Shown here: positions 50,601 to 56,812 of the stretch, piece by piece
Layout of the letters: every line of letters starts with the position of its first letter
How positions within the stretch are numbered: the stretch's first letter is position 1
DNA from: Macrostomum lignano
Lineage: Eukaryota
Length of the DNA stretch: 56,812 nucleotides
Reading direction: 5' to 3'
Assembly (NCBI GenBank): GCA_002269645.1
Contig: NIVC01003712.1
Span: 24,335 to 81,146, forward strand
The notes under the pieces: generated by a model
Told to the model about the DNA's origin: nothing
Databases searched by the model: none
What the model saw: only the letters and a program-made list of their open reading frames with translations
Translations under genes and position numbers: made by a program

Positions 50601-53600
50601 ATGTTTCAAATCGCAACCAAAACACAGTGTCTGCCATTCCGGGATCTTTTTGCAACTTTGACAACATTTCTGCTCTTAGTTCTACATTGCTTTCATATTG
50701 CTCTGCATCGATTCCCCAGGCATGCTGCAACTCTGGCCAATGTACATCTGCTGCCGATAGTGTCACGAAAAAATGAGGAACACCAAGCGTTCGAATCATG
50801 GCTTCCAATTGCCGTCCTTTACTCTGCCAATAAGCGCTTGTGCCTCGCAAATCTGATGCTCGAACTGACACGCTAGCCAATACTGCCGGGTCATTTAGTG
50901 CTTCAATCATTTCCTTGGCACTTAATCCAGCATACTTGTTGTCGTGTACAAACACGCGACCAACTTCCAGCGCCCTCCAACGCATCACCATATTTTCAAT
51001 GTAAAATTTAAACCGCAAATCGGTACGAAATCTTGGACACCGGAATTGCATCAAATGCTTTGCATAGTCGCCCAAACTTAGTCCAAAATTACGTGGCGTA
51101 CTATAATCTCCTGCTCCATCCGGAAAGAGATGAGGATAAGCCAATGTAAAATATCCTTCATCCTGAAATTCGTTTACCGGCTCGTTGCTTCTTGCTGGCC
51201 ATTTCAATTTTTCACTCAAAAATTTGTCTCGTACTGCCGATTCCAATCGACGCAAAGGAGTCTCCAACAGCGAACTAATTGTTTCCTCGAGCTCGTTCGT
51301 CTCGTCCGCATTTTTTTCTACTTGTTGCTGCAATCGCTCAGCTCTGGCTGAGCCGCCTTCTTGCTGTGCCGCCTCGAAATTCACTTCATTGTCAGACTGC
51401 ATTTCGACAATCATACCTTCTACTTGATGAGCATAACCATCTTCAGGCAGATGTAGCAACGCATCATTATTCATTGAAACCTGATACTGTCTAAAGTACT
51501 TGTTGTTTGCCATTAAATAGCGCATCGCATTAGTCACTTTGTCGCGTCGAACTCGCAAATTGTTCATTGTGCCGCTTTGCGCTTCTCCAGGCTGAACACG
51601 GGCTCTTTCGTCGTACATTAAAACAACTGGCAGAGATCGTCTTGGCAGCTCTCGCAAAACGTGCGACTGATCTTGAGGCAACATGATTCCGTGTCCTCTC
51701 GATTTTGTTTGCTTTTGGGGAAAAATTTGTACCACAACAATAACCGACAAAACTGGCGAAATCAACATTTGCTCTGCTACACTCAAATCTTGCAAATCTT
51801 CTGGCTGCTCCAACATCGGAATCGCATTGTTTTCTTGGCTAAACGATTTCGGCTCATTGTCATCTCTGAAACAACGATCGCACATGTCTTCAGAATCGAT
51901 GCTAAAATATTTTCCAGGAAACTTTTCCCTACACACGTAGCACTGTTTCAAATGTGATACTTTTGTTATGTTTTCATTGAAAAAGTCTTGCCTCATCTTT
52001 TTGAACTGGTCTGTGAACGGATTGCGAAGGCACTTTGGCAGATTAGGATCTCCGATTTCATCTTCAACAATTGGAGCATCTTGAGCGCTCTCTTCTGAAG
52101 TGCTGCTCTGCGGAACATTTTCTTTAGCTGGCTGCTGCTCCATTGTAGGCCGCTTTCTGGGTGACGAACGGATCGCTTCATCAGGCTTCTCCTGAGTAGC
52201 ACGTGTCTTTCGTGGTGATGAATACGTAGAAGTAGCTGGAATATTATCAGACTGACGTTTATCTTGCTGCTCCTGCTGCAAAGGTGCCGTCTTCCTAGGC
52301 GACGATCGAACGGGTTCGCAGATATGATTTTCTGCGTTTGTCAATCTCTGTTTCCGTGGTAAAGAATTTGCATAGTTGACCACTTGCTGCTGGTTTTTCA
52401 AACGCTCGCTGCGACGAGTAGGAGCACTTGGTACAACGTCGCTCTTCTTTTCTCGACCTCTTCCTTTTTCCAAATGGCAAGAAACGCTTGAAACCGCCGA
52501 AACTGAGTCGCCACAACCGATGCAACTGCAACATGGTGCTCTCCGAGTGCGACTGCTTCTTCTCAATAAGCTCTGACCAGATACACTAGAGGCTGCAACA
52601 GACACAGACTCTAATGTGTTTGCTTTAGCGCTCAGTCGACTACTCCGACGCGTAGCGCAACTTGCCTTCCCAACATCCTTTTTACGCCGACTGCGCCGCG
52701 GAACATTTGATGGCACGGACTCTGACACACGATCACTTTTAACTGACTCTGACACATGCTCAATTTCAACTGACTCTGCGCTATCCTCCGCGTCAAGATC
52801 GACATTCCAATTCCAGACAGAGTTGTTCCGATCCCGAAGCACTTCATATGAATTCGGATGCGCAAACAAACTCGTATTATTTTCCAAGGACTTTGCTTGA
52901 TTTCTACAACGTCCCTTCCAATGCCTACTTTGAACTCGGGTCCAGTCTGCAACCTTTTCAAAAGGCGTCATTGGTGGAGCTGGAGGTGGCATCATTACAA
53001 CAGGATCTTCGACAACATGAACATTCTCGTTGAGAGGGGGCATTTCCACATTCTTGGCGCTCAAATCTCCTTGGCCAGTCGGCCGAACTGAGCTTGCTTC
53101 ATTAACTTCCAAATCATTGACACGAACGATTTCGTAGTGTTGACTACCAGGATTAAACAACAATCGAATAGTAGCCAAACGTTCTCCAATATTCGGTCGG
53201 GAATAATGGCCAGGCCGCGCTAGATTAAGCATGTTTGACTGATAAATAAACACTTCTAGCCGCAACAGTTCACCAATTAGTTCTGGAACTCCGCATGGCA
53301 CGTACATACGGGGACGCCTTGTATCGTCGCGCACTTTTTCCCAATTCAGTCCTGTTTGCATAATTCTTTCCTGATTATTGACATCGCGATGCACCCATTG
53401 CTCGAATTCTGCAGCAACCGCATCTCGAAAATCTTCTACGCTTAGCGATTGATAGGCGGAAAAACCTGGCAGTTCTTGTAATTGTCTCAATATGGCCGTG
53501 AAAAAACAGTTGCCGTCACCTCGTACATTCTCAACGCGACACGAAGAAAAAGGAACCCATACAGGTTGGACTTGTACAGCAGCAGTTACATGACCTTCGG

Positions 53601-53630
53601 CAAAATCCATTGCAGTAGCACCTGTTTCAT
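47602..53630 (-). CDS. Helitron2/Helentron-type RepHel polyprotein: OTU cysteine protease + low-complexity basic linker + Cys-motif/Rep N-terminal region + HUH Rep (Y2) + Pif1 SF1 helicase; no C-terminal endonuclease
   Basis: Uninterrupted ~2000-codon ORF. OTU motifs GDGNCFF (Cys codon 53508-53506) and QHY (His 53139-53137). Rep motifs HFFVTLSAAD, YWFRIEYQSRGSPHVHG (S variant associated with Helentron/Helitron2) and YLIKYATK. Helicase motifs GSAGTGKS, IDEFSM, GDVFQLPPV and QFPLRLAWASTIHKSQGLT. Acceptor TTTTACAG|AT at 53631. First in-exon Met at 53610. Confidence 0.95.
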
Positions 53631-53815
53631 CTGTAAAAGAATACAACTCTTAAACAGTGAGGTATGATAATTTTAAGGAATTGAGCATTAATTGTATTTT
53701 GCACAAGTCGTAAACACTAAAATCTAATTTTCAATATTCGCAAGCAAAGTCAGATGTAAGAAAGAAAATTAACTTGTACTATGCATAGAAATTCAATAAA
53801 AAATAAAACTCTCAC

Positions 53816-55040
53816 CAGCACTCAAGTAGCCTATAAGTTGCTCATTGTAAGCAGCACCAGAATTGGGCACTTCAGCATCACCTTCGACCACGGGTATTCC
53901 GAAGCAGCCAGAGCGTCGGCCAGAGCAGCATCATGTTCAGCTAGCAGGGCAGCCAGACCAGCCTCGTCCAGCTTAATCACAGACTCAGTTTTAGCAGCAG
54001 CATCAGCAGAAGCACCAGCTTTAGTCCCAGCAGCGGCAATAGAAGAGGCAGCAGCAGCTTCCGGTTGTACATCTGGCTCTTGAATCTGTTCTTCGCCAGC
54101 AGTTAAATCACCGACAGCAGCAACTTTAATATTATTCTTGGAGCGGCTCCAGTTTTTCTTCTTCGGCCGTCCGCACTTTTTCGCACCTGTTTAAAGTCAC
54201 AGTAAAAAAGAAATTTATAAATCTACCTATATATATATATATATATGTCTGTCCATCTATTTCGCTCTAGAGCGTGCCATTCTTGATCAATTTTGATAGC
54301 GTTTTTTCTAAACTATTGCAGATTTTGCACTGATTATACAGTGGTCAAAATTTCTTAAATCTGCTCAAATTCTAAGGGTGTTAAACATTCGAAAATAGAG
54401 TTTCTATAATTATTTTAATGATCTGTCAAACAAGGTCAGATTCCAATTGAATTTATTCCCTTTGTCGAAACTATTCAGTCGAAACTACTCAGTCGAAACT
54501 ATTGAGTTCACACTATTCAGTCAAAACTACTCAGTCAAGATTATTAAGTCTAAACTATTCAGTTGTAACTATTCAGTTGAAATTATTCTGTCTGTCAAAA
54601 CTATTCAGGCGAAACTATTCAATCTAAACTATTGAGTGTGAACTATTGATTTGAGCTGCGTCAGTTAAGAGTTTGAAAAATTCACATTTTTAGACATCTG
54701 AAAAACACTTTTTTACAGAATTACCTGTGAACTATTCAGTGTGAGTTATAGTGTGAACAATTGAGATTTATTGTTTGGTAAATAAATTGTGTAGTGCAGG
54801 AACTTTTTAGTTTGTCTGTTGCCCAAATGGGCAGCCAAGAATGCTAGTAAAAGCTGGTTTCCTAAGGTGTGAATATTAATAATAAAGGTAGGATTGCTTT
54901 GAAACTATTCCTGAAAGTAGCACCTATCACCTGCAAGTTGCAACAAATGTACAAAACTTACTATTGGCAGCAACAGAAGAAGCACTTGTATCCTTGTTAA
55001 TGCTAGTGTTGTCCTTGATGCTGTTTTTGTCGTTGCCCAT
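53816..55040 (-). CDS. Spliced leader exons of the Helitron gene: exon A 55040-54962 (MGNDKNSIKDNTSINKDTSASSVAAN) and exon B 54186-53816 (AKKCGRPKKKNWSRSK...Ala/acidic-rich); 144-aa ORF as assembled, or the N-terminus of RepHel after a 1-nt correction
   Basis: TTTAG|ACAGG-ATG, AAT A|GTAAGT, TTAAACAG|GT GCG, GCT G|GTGAGA. The A/B junction is phase-consistent. Exon B hits TAG at 53833-53831 unless 1 nt is added near 53900. Confidence 0.6.
54222..54847 (+). mobile_element. Non-autonomous canonical Helitron (626 bp) nested antisense in intron A/B of the Helentron-type gene
   Basis: 5' A|TCTACCTATATATA. 3' hairpin GTTGCCC-AAAT-GGGCAGC (54818-54835), 8-nt spacer, then CTAG|T (54844-54848). Inserted at an AT dinucleotide with no TSD. 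Internal degenerate AAACTATTCAGTC repeats at ~54465-54640. Confidence 0.85.
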
Positions 55041-56812
55041 CCTGTCTAAATAAACATGTTAGTAAATATTTCAGAATGATAAAGAAACTAATTAGCTAAA
55101 CACAGAAAACATGCTACTCTTTACCAAGTTAACTCAACTCTTTTCTGGTGGCAAATTTAGTTAAACTACGAACACTAGCACTGCTACTGGATTGTGGATT
55201 AATATGCTGCAGCATAATATACTGGCATATAGGCGGTGTGTGCCATGTAGTTTTTGTGCTTTCAACATTTTTTCTTGGATTTAGTGCATATTTTCTAGAG
55301 TTTTTTCAGGCATATTCCATGTTTTTGTACATGCTTCTAGGAATTCTATATCAGCAAAAAAACATCCCTTGGTAAAAATTCACCATAAACTAAGTGTCTA
55401 GCACTTTCAAGCATTGCTTGATATAAGGAGCATTGGCATGTATATATTGTCTAGCAAAAATGCTAAATTTATAATAAATTGAGCAGAATTTATAAAAAGT
55501 GTCCACAAACTTCTACCATTAAGCAGAGTACTACAGATATTTGTACTATGCTAAACATATGAAGAAATAAAAAGAATACTTACTTCAAAACTAAAGTCTT
55601 AAGTCAAAATTATGCAAACAAAAGGAAAATTCAAGTTAAATTTGACTGATAACTACAAAATAAAATGTGAAAGGATGAGTACTTTTAAAAGATATATGTA
55701 AATATGACTATAATTTATAAAAATATGGAGCAAAACAAAGCAGAGAAAAAAAACGTAAATATTTGGCAGAATACAATTAATTAGCTATAAAATAATATTA
55801 AAGTACTATACTTCAGTTATATTTCAAATAAAATTTGAAGCTTACACTTACAGTGTAAAACTGATAACAATTGAATATATTACAATTAAAACTTGTACTT
55901 GTAGAATATAATATATTGTACAATAATTATATATAATGTAGTAGGATACGAATAAATAGCGTAACAAAACCGAATATTATAGCTACAGATTGAAGCTTGA
56001 AAATATTTCAGATTTAGATAGCGTTTGCTTAGATAAGTTGCTTTGAAAATTTGGGGTCAAATTGTCCTACAGCAATAAACTACTGTTAACATAACCGATT
56101 TAAATTTAAATTTTTGTAGAAATTATAAGGAACAGAACGACTGAAATGTACAGTTTAATTATTTCAAAATTAAATAATTTCGAATTCTATTTTACCTTAT
56201 TGCTTTCTTCAATTAAATTTTGTTATACAATTTATAAAATGCCTATTTTCAAAATATACCTCAAAAAGTAAGTTCAACAGCTTTAAAAATGCGCACGTTT
56301 TTACACTTCACGGCTCCAAAAAGTCACCATAGAAGATTTTTGCAGGACGCAAGACTTTTTACGTTAACAAATAGCACTTTTATGTGCATTTTTTATTCAG
56401 TTTCAAAAGGCTTTTTAGTTACCTATTTGGTATTTTTTGTTTTAAAGATTTTTTGCGAATCAGGTCATTTTAACTTGTTACGAAACTGTGGACCCACACT
56501 TTTACGCAACGCAATGCGCATGATGTCATCTTAAAGCACTTGCTAAATGCTATTTATTGACACTACACTGAAGGCCTGGCGTAGGATAGTTAATAAATGG
56601 CAGCGTGAAATATAGCAAAAAAACGCATAGTACCGGAACCTCGTAATTCGGTAAAATGTTAATAGCGTCAAAATACGAATTTTCGGCACACTAACGAAGA
56701 TGGCAGTCATCTGTACGTGTTTACTGACGGCACAATAGTGCTCTTGAACTAAGAACCTCATAGCGAAAATTAATATATTTTCCGCCTATGTAGTGCTCAA
56801 ATGGGTTTGTTT

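Larger units (their letters stand above)
47602..55045 (-). mobile_element. Autonomous Helitron-like element (Helitron2/Helentron lineage), coding span; true termini not resolved
   Basis: RepHel ORF plus upstream spliced exons. The element probably extends left through the satellite and to the right of 55045. Confidence 0.85.

Noticed and set aside
47943-53667. Short ORFs antisense to or overlapping RepHel
   Set aside because: Shadow frames of a long coding sequence with no recognisable motifs.

Overview
Eukaryotic (animal) genomic DNA, not prokaryotic: GT-AG spliced genes with GC-rich exons, and introns filled with minisatellites. The style suggests a Macrostomum-like flatworm, but that is inference only. 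Exon models were built by hand and checked for phase. (1) 5'-partial gene for a PAN/apple plus ALK/LTK-type glycine-rich protein (+, 3 exons). (2) Complete 10-exon VPS33A (-, 597 aa). (3) Complete 4-exon PSMD6/RPN7 (+, 389 aa), head-to-head with VPS33A. (4) Synergin-gamma-like gene (+) with a Q/H/M/P coding minisatellite. (5) 5'-incomplete follistatin/Kazal-repeat gene (-). (6) A large Helitron2/Helentron-type rolling-circle element (-) encoding OTU protease + HUH Rep + Pif1 helicase with no endonuclease. It has two extra spliced leader exons, a canonical non-autonomous Helitron nested in its intron, and a 6-kb higher-order satellite starting right after its stop codon. Also present: a decayed mariner transposase whose lesions look CpA>TpA-biased, a hAT-like MITE with an 8-bp TSD, and a piggyBac-like non-autonomous element. 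Most long ORFs in the supplied track are artefacts of tandem repeats. The most promising new biology is the composite OTU-RepHel element and the possible RIP-like mutation signature.
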